This document shows positions 10,013 through 19,228 of a stretch of 64,000 nt of DNA, piece by piece. The notes beneath the pieces were generated by a model, which did no database searches, was not told the DNA's origin, and saw only the letters and a list, made by a program, of their open reading frames with translations. Position 1 is the stretch's first letter. Each line of letters opens with the position of its first letter. The translations under genes were made by a program, and so were the position numbers. The stretch comes from an uncultured virus (IMG/VR IMGVR_UViG_3300028454_001154) (taxonomy: Duplodnaviria; Heunggongvirae; Uroviricota; Caudoviricetes). The DNA is taken from IMG/VR virus record IMGVR_UViG_3300028454_001154; one strand, written 5' to 3'.

Positions 10013-10675
10013 ATGCAGATTATCACCCCCAGCGTAGCAATCATGTCTGATCTTAATGGTCTGGACTTGCTGAAGCAGATTGAGGCAGCAGGCCGTACCT
10101 GTTACAAGTCCGAAGAAAGAATCAATACGGATAGTGCCATCGAGTTTGCCCAGAACATTATCAAACGCGGGCATGAGGCTGTACTGGAACATGGCTCTAT
10201 CACTGTCAAGTTCATTGTAGATCGCGGCGTATCGCACGAACTCGTCCGGCACAGGATCGCGTCCTTCTGTCAGGAAAGCACCCGATACTGCAACTACAGC
10301 AAGGGTCGATTCGGAGGCCAGATCACGGTCGTCAAACCTTGTTTCTTCAATGAGGACTCTAAAGAGTATGATGCTTGGTTTGAAGCATGCCAAAATGCCG
10401 AGGCATCATATTTCAAACTGCTTGAAATGGGTTGCAAGCCTCAGGAAGCTCGTTCTGTTCTCCCGAACAGCCTGAAAACCGAGGTTGTCATGACAGCCAA
10501 CCCGAGAGAGTGGCGGCATTTCCTCAAGCTCAGGACCTCGAAAGCCGCACACCCGCAAATGAGAGAGGTAGTAATCCCGCTGCTTTGGAAGCTTCAGACT
10601 GAAGTTCCTGTCCTGTTTGAGGACATTACCATTCAGGAACCTATCGTCTTCAAGAAATATGGCGAGAGAGCTTGA
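10013..10675 (+). CDS. thyX: FAD-dependent thymidylate synthase
   Basis: RHRIASFCQESTRY (RHRx7S motif), GHEAVLEH, EARSVLP, AHPQMRE. Confidence 0.95.
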   Translation: MQIITPSVAIMSDLNGLDLLKQIEAAGRTCYKSEERINTDSAIEFAQNIIKRGHEAVLEHGSITVKFIVDRGVSHELVRHRIASFCQESTRYCNYSKGRFGGQITVVKPCFFNEDSKEYDAWFEACQNAEASYFKLLEMGCKPQEARSVLPNSLKTEVVMTANPREWRHFLKLRTSKAAHPQMREVVIPLLWKLQTEVPVLFEDITIQEPIVFKKYGERA

Positions 10676-10898
10676 GTTTGACGGCTGGTGGGAAGGCGCC
10701 GTCTGTTATTCCTGTGACTGCTGCAAGAAGGAAGTCCGATTTCGCTTTGACAGTGAGGCTTCTGCCAACAATGCCAAAGGTCAGCGGGATGCGTTGAAGA
10801 AAAAGCGCGGATGGATCTTTACCAGAGTCAACGGATACTACAAGGAGTTTTGCGGTGAAGACTGTCGGAACCGCTATATTAGAGAGAACACATTATAA
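10659..10898 (+). CDS. Small Cys-rich hypothetical protein
   Basis: CDCC and C...C pairs. ATG at 10659. Confidence 0.5.
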   Translation: MARELEFDGWWEGAVCYSCDCCKKEVRFRFDSEASANNAKGQRDALKKKRGWIFTRVNGYYKEFCGEDCRNRYIRENTL

Positions 10899-10910
10899 GG
10901 AGGCAAAACT

Positions 10911-11417
10911 ATGAACACCAAGGAAATGGACCTGTCCCTCAACGGCGAGACCTTTGCGGACTATAAGGAGGACTGGTACGCAATCGTCAATAAGACCGTA
11001 GGGAACATGCAGATGAAGGGCGCCCGTGATGCAGTCGTCACGGCCAAGCTGATGATCCATCTTGAGACAGAGAACCGCCACACTCCCGATGGCGTAACGG
11101 AAATGGTTATTCCGCAGTTCAAGCACGACATCACATCTGTGATGCAGGTCAAGGACAAGCTGTCCGGGCAGATGACCGGGGATTATCAACTTGTCTGGGA
11201 TGATGCTGAACAATGCTACGTCATGCGCCCTATCGACGACGGGCAGATGTCCTTCGATGACACCCCTGAATACTATGATGCTGAGTATTCTGTCGCAGAG
11301 GATGACGAAGACACTCCGAAGGATTCTGACATGCTGGAGCAGGCCGACCGGGTCAGCCTTAACGCCCATGAAGAAGAGGAAGAGGACGATTACCAGTACG
11401 ACTCTCCGGAGGACTAA
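10911..11417 (+). CDS. Hypothetical phage protein with acidic tail
   Basis: Strong AAGGAGG RBS. Confidence 0.6.
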   Translation: MNTKEMDLSLNGETFADYKEDWYAIVNKTVGNMQMKGARDAVVTAKLMIHLETENRHTPDGVTEMVIPQFKHDITSVMQVKDKLSGQMTGDYQLVWDDAEQCYVMRPIDDGQMSFDDTPEYYDAEYSVAEDDEDTPKDSDMLEQADRVSLNAHEEEEEDDYQYDSPED

Positions 11418-11435
11418 AAGAACGGAGGCGAATCA

Positions 11436-12158
11436 ATGAGATCGCCTGTAGATGTTATCAAGGGCCGGGTCGTTTCATACGACCCGGTCACTGGGAATGT
11501 AATAATCAAGGCCAACTATCCCGATTGGCAGATGTTCGAGAAGCGGAAGTACCATGATTGCCTGATCCAGATGGTTGATGGCAGACCCATATCAGACAAG
11601 CAGCGGAAAGCATGTTACAAGCTGATTGGCCTCATTGCCGACTGGGTAGGCGATACCGTCGATTCTGCCAAGGAGGACCTCAAAGCCAAGTTCCTGCGTG
11701 AAGAGATCCAGTCAGACACGATGGAAACATTTTCACTCAGCAATGCACCTGTTTCGCTTGTGTGCGCCTTCCAGAAGTTTCTGGTCAGAATGGTGATTGA
11801 CTATGGCATTCCCACTTCATTTCCCTTGCTTGACTATGTTGATGACGTATCTGACTATATTTACTCCTGTACAGCCCGCAAAAGGTGCTGTATCTGCGGA
11901 AAGAAAGCAGAACTCCATCATCACAAGAGGATCGGTATGGGCCGCAACAGGGCCCAAATCGACCAAACAGACCTTCCAGTTGAGCCACTCTGCAGGAAGC
12001 ATCACACTGAATGCCACACGATGTTACAGTCAGAGTTTGACGAAAAGTACCATATTAAGCCTGTAACGCTTGATGAAAACCTTATGAGAGCTTGGGGCAT
12101 CAATGGCAAACGGATCAGATTTGATCAGATGAATGACCCCATTACAAAGGAGATATAG
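11436..12158 (+). CDS. Putative HNH nuclease (DUF968-like)
   Basis: CCICG..AELHH...IGMGRNR...PLCRKHHTECH. Confidence 0.75.
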   Translation: MRSPVDVIKGRVVSYDPVTGNVIIKANYPDWQMFEKRKYHDCLIQMVDGRPISDKQRKACYKLIGLIADWVGDTVDSAKEDLKAKFLREEIQSDTMETFSLSNAPVSLVCAFQKFLVRMVIDYGIPTSFPLLDYVDDVSDYIYSCTARKRCCICGKKAELHHHKRIGMGRNRAQIDQTDLPVEPLCRKHHTECHTMLQSEFDEKYHIKPVTLDENLMRAWGINGKRIRFDQMNDPITKEI

Positions 12159-12160
12159 GA

Positions 12161-12574
12161 ATGCTTAACAAGATGATCATTGTTGGCCGTCTCACGGCTG
12201 ACCCTGAGTTCAAGGAAACCCAGAGCGGCGTATCCAGAGCCAGCTTTGCCATCGCCTGCGATCGCGATTATGCCGATCAGGACGGCAAACGACAGACAGA
12301 TTTTTTCAACGTTGTTGCATGGCGCGGGACTGCTGATTTTGTCTGCAAACACTTCACAAAGGGCCAGCTCATCAACATTGTCGGCAGGCTGGAGCAGCGC
12401 AGATACACAGATGACGAAGGAACTACCCGTAATCTTGTCAACATCAAGGCCGAGAATATTTATTTTGTCGGAAGCAAAAGGGACAACGGCAAGAGTGATG
12501 AATCTTTCGACCCAAGCGTTGAGGTTGACGGAGAGTTCTACGAACTGACATCCGATGATGATTGCCCGTTTTAA
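12161..12574 (+). CDS. ssb: Single-stranded DNA-binding protein
   Basis: MLNKMIIVGRLTADPE, TDFFNVVAW, acidic DDDCPF tail. Confidence 0.95.
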   Translation: MLNKMIIVGRLTADPEFKETQSGVSRASFAIACDRDYADQDGKRQTDFFNVVAWRGTADFVCKHFTKGQLINIVGRLEQRRYTDDEGTTRNLVNIKAENIYFVGSKRDNGKSDESFDPSVEVDGEFYELTSDDDCPF

Positions 12575-12593
12575 CTGAGAAAGGAGCCTGAAG

Positions 12594-12761
12594 ATGAAAA
12601 CCATCCATGAGCTTAAGCTCGACGTCACAATTATCGCAGAAGGCGAACTTGCCAACAGCCAGTTCGAGGACGAGAAAGCTCTTGAAACTCTCCTTAAGAA
12701 CATGCTGCAGGCTGATGATCTCCACGTCACGAAGCATAAAGCATTTGAAGTAGAGCAGTAA
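12594..12761 (+). CDS. Small hypothetical protein (55 aa, not in ORF track)
   Basis: AAAGGAG RBS. Open frame MKTIHELKLDV...EVEQ fills the gap after ssb. Confidence 0.5.
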   Translation: MKTIHELKLDVTIIAEGELANSQFEDEKALETLLKNMLQADDLHVTKHKAFEVEQ

Positions 12762-12827
12762 GACGGATTATCATTCGCAAGATATAGGGTAATTCCTTTG
12801 ACGTAGAACTGAGGTGAGCGGTCATCC

Positions 12828-13316
12828 GTGCAAGTCGAAGAAAAACGATATGATGTGCAGGCAGTCAAGGACAGGCTGAATGCATATCGAGAAGGCGAAA
12901 GGGAAATTGAAACCCAGACCGAAGTTCTTGACAGGCTCGTATCCAAGCTGGAGGGAGTTGGAGCCAAGATTATCACAGACATGCCAAGGTCTCCGAGTCC
13001 TCCAACAGACAGGATGACAGATCTGATCGCTCAAAAGATCGAGCTGGAGGAAATGATTGCAGAAGACATTGCTTTTCAAACCGCTGAAAGGAGAGAAATC
13101 TCCGGAGTCTTGAAGAAACTCAAATCAGCGGATGAAAAGGCTGTGATTCGATTCCGGTACATGATCGGCATGAACTGGCTCGATGTAACCAATGCTATGT
13201 TTGGAACTCTGCCAGATTATTTGGACAAAGAACTCAGCTATCAGCGTAGAGTCCAGAAAATCCATGGCAGGGCCTTGCTGCACATGGCAACTATCATGGA
13301 TCTTGTGAAATCATAA
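12828..13316 (+). CDS. ArpU/RinA-like late transcriptional activator
   Basis: Coiled N-terminus, EKAVIRFRY...W..V and RVQKIHGRALL sigma-region-4-like end. Last gene of the replication module. Confidence 0.75.
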   Translation: MQVEEKRYDVQAVKDRLNAYREGEREIETQTEVLDRLVSKLEGVGAKIITDMPRSPSPPTDRMTDLIAQKIELEEMIAEDIAFQTAERREISGVLKKLKSADEKAVIRFRYMIGMNWLDVTNAMFGTLPDYLDKELSYQRRVQKIHGRALLHMATIMDLVKS

Positions 13317-13319
13317 AAG

Positions 13320-13352
13320 ACGCCGGGGAGATAATCCTCGGCGTATTTCTTT
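13320..13352 (+). terminator. Rho-independent terminator
   Basis: ACGCCGGGGA-loop-TCCTCGGCGT followed by ATTTCTTTT. Confidence 0.7.
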
Positions 13353-13459
13353 TATACGGATGCAAAACAATTCCACGTTGTAACATTATTTGACAAATGA
13401 CTGGTCTGTGTTATCGTATCGTTACAGAAAACCATTAAACAATGAAGGAGGCACAGAAA

Positions 13460-13804
13460 ATGGCAGCAAGGAAGTACATGGGTATTCCCAAGGCAACCAT
13501 CCAGCGCGAAGATCTGGAGGTCTTCTTCACAAGGTTGTATGAAGACGCAAGGGACATGATGTCCGATGTTGCGCGGCCCCAGTGGGAGCCCTGTGATGAT
13601 TTTATCATTACCATTCACAAGGTACGAGTTTGGAGGGAAACCCAGCAGTTCGGACGAGATGCAACCATTGAGATCAAGCACACTGAAACCGAGGATTCCT
13701 TCAAGGCTACACATGTCGGCCTTCAGGATGCTTCGGTTGTTCGGATGGCCGCCAAGCATGGAGCGACATTCGACGAAATCAAGAAATATCTCGAAAGGAG
13801 ATAA
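13460..13804 (+). CDS. Hypothetical protein (small-gene island)
   Basis: Own promoter at 13390 and AAGGAGG RBS. Confidence 0.6.
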   Translation: MAARKYMGIPKATIQREDLEVFFTRLYEDARDMMSDVARPQWEPCDDFIITIHKVRVWRETQQFGRDATIEIKHTETEDSFKATHVGLQDASVVRMAAKHGATFDEIKKYLERR

Positions 13805-13809
13805 CTGCA

Positions 13810-14022
13810 ATGACCCGACAGAAGAAGGAAATACTCAAGAAGATTTCAATAATTCAGGATTGGATCGAGGTCGATAGACAGCTTGGCTGCGGATGTGAGC
13901 CTTACGGTTTCTATGATGATTTGTATTTAGAAATCTATAGTTTGGAAACCAAGTTGGCTGATCTGCAGCACTATGGAACAGTAAATGAAATGTTCATGGA
14001 CACCCGATATCAGGCAATGTAA
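13810..14022 (+). CDS. Hypothetical protein (small-gene island)
   Basis: AAAGGAG RBS. Confidence 0.55.
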   Translation: MTRQKKEILKKISIIQDWIEVDRQLGCGCEPYGFYDDLYLEIYSLETKLADLQHYGTVNEMFMDTRYQAM

Positions 14023-14033
14023 CTGCTTTTCGT

Positions 14034-14061
14034 TTGCCTTTGTTCTACCAAATGGTAGTAT
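14034..14061 (+). promoter_or_regulatory. Promoter overlapped by a copy of the repressor operator
   Basis: TTGCCT-16bp-(TGg)TAGTAT, with CTACCAAATGGTAG at 14045-14058. Confidence 0.7.
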
Positions 14062-14094
14062 ATAAGTACAGAAAAACATCAAGGAGGCTTGAAA

Positions 14095-14511
14095 ATGAAA
14101 ACTTCGTCCGAACGTTTGCATGAGCTGTTTGAGGAAATGGTTCCTATGAGTGGTCCCGCTGATTCTGTTGCTGGAGAACTCGTCAGAGCCATGAGCCGGA
14201 TCGAGTATCGCAACTACAATGACGGAGATCACCTCGGCATCGGTTATGGCAACGAGACCTGCAATCCTGCTGGGCGCTACCTCAAGGTCCATGGTGATAA
14301 GGTGATCAGCGCACTGGTCGATGCGCTGTGGGGCATCTGTGAAGACGAAGCCTACGATGGCATCCTCAACTTGCTTATCGACCATGTTGTTAAGTTCGTT
14401 GATGCTCAGCCGGAGCTGAGAGACCTTCCTACGGAAGATATGTGGACTCACAGAATGCAGGAGGATTATCAATACGAGGACGAAGAGGAGGATTGGGACG
14501 ATGAAGAATGA
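14095..14511 (+). CDS. Hypothetical acidic protein
   Basis: AAGGAGG RBS. Contains P.SG.ADSVAGELVRA..RI.YR.YNDGD. Confidence 0.6.
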   Translation: MKTSSERLHELFEEMVPMSGPADSVAGELVRAMSRIEYRNYNDGDHLGIGYGNETCNPAGRYLKVHGDKVISALVDALWGICEDEAYDGILNLLIDHVVKFVDAQPELRDLPTEDMWTHRMQEDYQYEDEEEDWDDEE

Positions 14512-14842
14512 CGGTTGGGTCAGGTGGAGCCAGTGGTCCGAGGCAGGCATGATCGGCTTCGGCCAGATGCCTCTTAGGAATGTGGACAAGAATCTCCGCG
14601 AGTTTGCGGAAACCGCCAGAACTATCATGGACAAGACTCATGCAGACCATGTAGTCTACGGCCTCAAGACGTATGATGACGATGGCATTCTGGAAGAAGT
14701 CAAGTTCTACCTGATGCCAATGAATGATTACGATTTCCAAAATGATGTTGCAACGTTGACGGGCTGCACCGTCTATGCATTACATAATGGCACGGTCGGC
14801 GCCAGCCGACAGGAAGGAGAATATGATGAGCGCAACTATTGA
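14501..14842 (+). CDS. Hypothetical protein
   Basis: GAGGAGG RBS, overlaps upstream gene. Confidence 0.55.
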   Translation: MKNDGWVRWSQWSEAGMIGFGQMPLRNVDKNLREFAETARTIMDKTHADHVVYGLKTYDDDGILEEVKFYLMPMNDYDFQNDVATLTGCTVYALHNGTVGASRQEGEYDERNY

Positions 14843-15254
14843 AGAAAAGAAGGCTGAAGCTGTTAAGCGGATGCGGAGGCTTGGGATTTTCAAACCGACC
14901 ATCAAGGATTTTGAAAAGAATGGCCTTGTCTGTGTCAGCGAGCCTCCGTATGGAGCTTTCTACTACATCGAGGATGAAGACCGCCAGCGGATCGACGAGT
15001 TCGAGAAGAAATACAACGGCCTTGTCTATATGGTCGTTCGGAGTTTTCTCCGTGACGGAGACGGGCCTGTTTTCACCATGGATAACATGCTGTATGTCAG
15101 CGACTACCCTGAAGAGTGGGATATGGATAACGAGCTTCTGGATGATGGCATTGTGCTTGCCTATGTCTATAACAGTGCAGAGCCTTTCTTTTCGGAATCC
15201 GGCGATATCCGCGTTCAGCGGACAGTAGCTGGTGGTCTTGTCAGAGTGTTTTGA
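14823..15254 (+). CDS. Hypothetical protein
   Basis: AAGGAG RBS before MMSATIEEK. Confidence 0.6.
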   Translation: MMSATIEEKKAEAVKRMRRLGIFKPTIKDFEKNGLVCVSEPPYGAFYYIEDEDRQRIDEFEKKYNGLVYMVVRSFLRDGDGPVFTMDNMLYVSDYPEEWDMDNELLDDGIVLAYVYNSAEPFFSESGDIRVQRTVAGGLVRVF

Positions 15255-15268
15255 TTGGAGGTCTCGCA

Positions 15269-15508
15269 ATGGAGTACAAGAAGTCGTTTTCTTATCGGGA
15301 TCGGTATGACATTGTCGTTGCAAGCGGCAAATACATCGGAGCTGTGGCAAAGATCAAGAAGCTTGCTCAGCTGATTTATGCCAACGACCGGGAAGCTGAC
15401 AAAGAGGACTGCGCTGTACAGGCGCTGGAGGAATACGAGCTGATGACCGGGAACTGGTATGATCCGGACGTTGACACTTATGAAGATATTATCAATTCCA
15501 TCTTGTGA
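15269..15508 (+). CDS. Hypothetical protein
   Basis: GGAGG RBS before MEYKKS. Confidence 0.55.
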   Translation: MEYKKSFSYRDRYDIVVASGKYIGAVAKIKKLAQLIYANDREADKEDCAVQALEEYELMTGNWYDPDVDTYEDIINSIL

Positions 15509-15532
15509 TTTGAAGGAGGAGCAATATAAGCC

Positions 15533-16042
15533 ATGACTATGGACGAATTATACGGTGCTTACATGAATGGGCGCGAGAGGGAAAAAGCCATAATCAGTAG
15601 CCTCGAAGCCAAGCATGATGCGCAGATTGAGATAATCAAACGGCTTCAGGCGAGAATCTACGAAGCAGAGCGCAAAGCTCGCCGTCTATCCGATAGGATA
15701 TCCAAGGCCTCCCGGATAACTTGGATGGATTCTACTGTGAAGCCTCTTGTGGCAGCTATTGAGAAAGAGACAAACTCAGTCGCAAATGTATATGGACCTC
15801 AAGGAATCGGCAACCATGTCACCATTTGTTTTTGTCATGAGGATGGCAAGAACAAGATATTGGTTTTAGAACCGTTCTTTGAAAAAGACGAGTTTCATCT
15901 CGAATACTGGACGGGCAAGATCCTTGACAAGTATGCCCCGGGCACATTGGGCTATGTCAATGACTTGAACTTTGAGATGGCGCCTCTGCCGAATGATCTC
16001 GGCAGCATCATCCAGCTTCTCCGGGAAACAAATAACAGATAG
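15533..16042 (+). CDS. Hypothetical protein with N-terminal coiled coil
   Basis: AAGGAGG RBS. Confidence 0.6.
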   Translation: MTMDELYGAYMNGREREKAIISSLEAKHDAQIEIIKRLQARIYEAERKARRLSDRISKASRITWMDSTVKPLVAAIEKETNSVANVYGPQGIGNHVTICFCHEDGKNKILVLEPFFEKDEFHLEYWTGKILDKYAPGTLGYVNDLNFEMAPLPNDLGSIIQLLRETNNR

Positions 16043-16103
16043 TCTTTGTCCAGCCATAAGGTACGATAAAGATACGGAAAACCAAACCAACAAGGAGGCC
16101 GGA

Positions 16104-16544
16104 ATGATGGCAAAATACTTGACTGATCGCCATGAGATCGCAATGGCAATGAACTTCGGTAAGCATCCTGTTCTCAGGATCAACATGGAGACTCCGAAAG
16201 CTGGCTACGACACCCTGTATTATGGGGATCAGGTCGAAGTCATGACACCTACCCACGGGTATCCGGATAGCAGGGAGCGTGGGAACCTTTACTACTGCGA
16301 GGGCCGTTTTTCAATCTCGTCAAATGCTGCCTTTCTCGATAGCAGCTTTGGCTACAGGGACGTTATCGAGTCCCTCGAATGGGCCCAGGCACCGAAACTC
16401 CATGCGGGTGAGACTGTGGTGGTCATTGAAGATTGGCCCATTGCCCGAAGATGTGCTGTTCACATGATGAAATTGCCCGACCGGATCAGCAAGTTCACTA
16501 CCCCGTGCTGTACGTTGGAAGAAATCGATAAGGAGGAAAAGTAA
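16104..16544 (+). CDS. Hypothetical protein
   Basis: Own promoter cassette at 16040-16100 and AAGGAGG RBS. Confidence 0.6.
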   Translation: MMAKYLTDRHEIAMAMNFGKHPVLRINMETPKAGYDTLYYGDQVEVMTPTHGYPDSRERGNLYYCEGRFSISSNAAFLDSSFGYRDVIESLEWAQAPKLHAGETVVVIEDWPIARRCAVHMMKLPDRISKFTTPCCTLEEIDKEEK

Positions 16545-17072
16545 ATGGGACAGTTTTCGTGGATGTTCGCCGACACCGACAATGAGGAGGCTCTGAACGA
16601 AGGCCACTCCGGGTACTTAGCTACTCCTACAGGCCCCAGCATATTTGAGCCTTGCTATGATGGATATGGCAGGTTCAATGGCGAGGATGCTTATGATCTG
16701 GTAGCTGACTGGAACCGATCCTTCCTTGCCAAGAACCCGGACTACCTTGTTCCTCAGCACGGTTCATGGTTGAAAGCTGATGGAACGTGGGAGAAGGCAG
16801 AGGCTCTCCCGGTCAGCGAATTCAAGTGGTACAAAGCGTATGCGAACCTCTCGTTGAATAGGGAAGAAGTCGTGAAAGAGGCCGATTTGTACGAATACCG
16901 CTATATTGGCATCGACATCGCCTGCTATGATGATCAGAATGCCAAGTTGCCGTTTCCCATCAAGGTCTGCAAAGACCCGGCGAATGCTATTCAATATTAT
17001 CAACTGCCTGCATCAGAGAACGACCCGAATCAGGGCTGGGGATCCGAGTTGGATGAAGAAGACGAAGACTGA
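16545..17072 (+). CDS. Hypothetical protein (MGQFSW-type)
   Basis: AAGGAGG RBS. Contains YDGYGRF. Confidence 0.6.
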   Translation: MGQFSWMFADTDNEEALNEGHSGYLATPTGPSIFEPCYDGYGRFNGEDAYDLVADWNRSFLAKNPDYLVPQHGSWLKADGTWEKAEALPVSEFKWYKAYANLSLNREEVVKEADLYEYRYIGIDIACYDDQNAKLPFPIKVCKDPANAIQYYQLPASENDPNQGWGSELDEEDED

Positions 17073-17086
17073 AAGGAGAATAAAGA

Positions 17087-17761
17087 ATGGGACTTGACAT
17101 GTATCTGGAAAGGTTCCCGCGCTATAAGGGAACAACTGCAAAGGAGATCAATGCTGTAGAGAGCTTGATCGACTATGAAGGCAGAGGAAGTGAGTATTCT
17201 GATATGAGCTTTTCTCAGTACACCTGCTACGATGAAGATGATCTTCCTATGGCAGACGCCATCGAGTTCTATCGGAAGCACTACAGCAAGAAGTTCCTTT
17301 ATGGTGATGTCAGGCATGAGTATGGTTTCAACTCAATCAGTGAAAATGTAGGGTATTGGAGAAAAGCCAATCAAATCCATGGATGGTTTGTCGAAAACAT
17401 TCAGGATGGAGAAGACGATTGCCAGTATCACCGGGAAGTCACCGAAAAGGACATTATCAAACTCCACAACACATGCATCGCTGTCCTCATGAACAGTAAG
17501 CTCGTTCCCGGGGATGTTGTGAACGGATATCATCTTTCCGATAAAGGAAAAAAAGAACCGTTTGTGGAAGCAGGCAAGGTCATTGAAGACCCGTCAGTAG
17601 CCGAAAAGCTTCTGCCTGTGCAGGATGGATTCTTTTTCGGGAACGACGGGTACAATCAGTATTACATCAGGGATTTGGAAGAGACCGTCAAAATCTGCGA
17701 TGACGTACTTGCCAGCACGAACTTTCATACGCATTTTCTGGCATACAGGGCCAGTTGGTAA
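17087..17761 (+). CDS. Conserved hypothetical phage protein (MGLDMYL...YWRKANQIHGWF...GFFFG...Y.ASW type)
   Basis: Recognisable phage hypothetical motif set and an RBS. Function unknown. Confidence 0.65.
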   Translation: MGLDMYLERFPRYKGTTAKEINAVESLIDYEGRGSEYSDMSFSQYTCYDEDDLPMADAIEFYRKHYSKKFLYGDVRHEYGFNSISENVGYWRKANQIHGWFVENIQDGEDDCQYHREVTEKDIIKLHNTCIAVLMNSKLVPGDVVNGYHLSDKGKKEPFVEAGKVIEDPSVAEKLLPVQDGFFFGNDGYNQYYIRDLEETVKICDDVLASTNFHTHFLAYRASW

Positions 17762-17774
17762 AGGAGAGACAGAG

Positions 17775-18029
17775 ATGGATAAGGAAAAGGAGCTCGACTA
17801 CATTCTCCAGTTTATCGAAGAGAGCGACATGGAGCACTCTACAGCGGTCAAACAGCTGCAGGCACTGTGGACAGCTTACTGCTTTCACCACGATCTGGTC
17901 CCAGACACTGATGAATATGACGGAGACCTCATGGCTATTTGGATGAATCTGTGCATGAGTCCGTCAAACCCCTTCGATTCGAGGGGTTTTCACGACTTTG
18001 ACCTTGGTATGAGCCGCCTGCTGGTGTGA
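17775..18029 (+). CDS. Hypothetical protein
   Basis: AAAGGAG RBS before MDKEKELD. Confidence 0.55.
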   Translation: MDKEKELDYILQFIEESDMEHSTAVKQLQALWTAYCFHHDLVPDTDEYDGDLMAIWMNLCMSPSNPFDSRGFHDFDLGMSRLLV

Positions 18030-18038
18030 GGTGATACT

Positions 18039-18230
18039 ATGACATACTATGTTACCTACAAGATCGACTGCAGATATACGGCCATCATAGAAGCAAGAGA
18101 TTATCAGGAGGCTCTCGACAAAGCGGAGGAAAGCTATGTGGATGCTGATTTTGGAGAAGCCTCTGATATCTGCGGTGAACCCGTCGTTGTAGAGGACGAG
18201 TGTGGAATGATCTTTTGGGAGAAGCCTTGA
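18039..18230 (+). CDS. Small acidic hypothetical protein
   Basis: GAGGTG RBS. Confidence 0.55.
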   Translation: MTYYVTYKIDCRYTAIIEARDYQEALDKAEESYVDADFGEASDICGEPVVVEDECGMIFWEKP

Positions 18231-18231
18231 T

Positions 18232-18543
18232 ATGATTATCACCAAAGAAGAAGCAAAGGTCATTGCAAGAGAGGCAATGAACCTCAGGACATTTCACGTT
18301 ACCGACTATACTGGATACTGGCAGATATGTGAATCTGGCGATTACTACTGGATGGTAGCGGTCAACAAGGAGCAGGATGAAAATGGCGGAGATCAGCACT
18401 TCGCAGCGTACTTCGTCGCTGAAGACGGTGAAAACTTCTGGGAGTACACTGACACACTCGACGGAAATGAGTTGGCTGATCTCATTACCAGAACAGCCAA
18501 GCTGTGTTTCGACAATCTGCCAAAAGGGGGAGGAACTATATGA
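18232..18543 (+). CDS. Hypothetical protein
   Basis: Tightly packed in the operon. Confidence 0.55.
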   Translation: MIITKEEAKVIAREAMNLRTFHVTDYTGYWQICESGDYYWMVAVNKEQDENGGDQHFAAYFVAEDGENFWEYTDTLDGNELADLITRTAKLCFDNLPKGGGTI

Positions 18544-18734
18544 AATACTGCGTTGCCGTCGTCAGATATGGATATCTGTTTATAGAAGCGGAGAACTATG
18601 GGGATGCTCTGGATATTGCAGATCATCAATTTACCGATACTGTCAAATGGTCTGATGACTGGAGCCCATCAGAAATATTTGAGGATGATAGCCAACCGGA
18701 TAACTTCTATATCCGCGAAAAGGCTTTCATGTAA
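18540..18734 (+). CDS. Small acidic hypothetical protein
   Basis: GGAGG RBS and ATGA overlap. Resembles 18039-18230 (IEA..Y..AL..A). Confidence 0.55.
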   Translation: MKYCVAVVRYGYLFIEAENYGDALDIADHQFTDTVKWSDDWSPSEIFEDDSQPDNFYIREKAFM

Positions 18735-18751
18735 ACCGCATTACAAGGAAG

Positions 18752-19126
18752 GTGACTACTATGTATGTCTTTAATGGGATCGACTTGAGCGCAAAGTATG
18801 TGAAACCCTCCACTTGGAGATGGATCAAGGCTTGTGAGCATAACTTCGACGCTCCGTTGTCCTGCCACGTTTACGATGAAGGTCAAGGTGCGATCATCTG
18901 GACCTATTCCTCGGAACCTGAATCCCCGGGCTTCCCGGAAGAGCTGAGAACGATTATCAACACGGCTATGGAGCGAGACTGGAGATTCATCGTCATGGAT
19001 TGCGATGGCGCCGATTGCGAGCTGTTTGATGACTACTCGGAGGAGTGGGACGAATGGGAGAAGACTCTGTTCCCGGAGTCCTTAAGAACGTTCCCTATAG
19101 GGCAAGAAGTTCATAAAAAATCATAA
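18752..19126 (+). CDS. Hypothetical protein
   Basis: IDLSAKYV...PEEL..I...A......I.MD.DG pattern. Last gene of the island. Confidence 0.55.
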   Translation: MTTMYVFNGIDLSAKYVKPSTWRWIKACEHNFDAPLSCHVYDEGQGAIIWTYSSEPESPGFPEELRTIINTAMERDWRFIVMDCDGADCELFDDYSEEWDEWEKTLFPESLRTFPIGQEVHKKS

Positions 19127-19180
19127 AAAGTCACCCAAAGTCCCATAAAGTCCCAAAAGTTCATTGAAGGTCATATCCCC
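19111..19180 (+). repeat. Seven degenerate repeats phased at 10 bp (probable late-activator binding array)
   Basis: TCATAAAAAA, TCATAAAAAG, TCACCCAAAG, TCCCATAAAG, TCCCAAAAGT, TCATTGAAGG, TCATATCCCC. Confidence 0.7.
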
Positions 19181-19228
19181 CATAGTGTAAAGTGTAAAAC
19201 AGCAAAATTGCAGGGAGGATAAGGAAGA

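Noticed and set aside
19111..19180. Possible CRISPR or iteron array
   Set aside because: Units are 10 bp and degenerate, have no spacers and are far from the initiator gene. No cas genes are present. An activator-binding array fits better.
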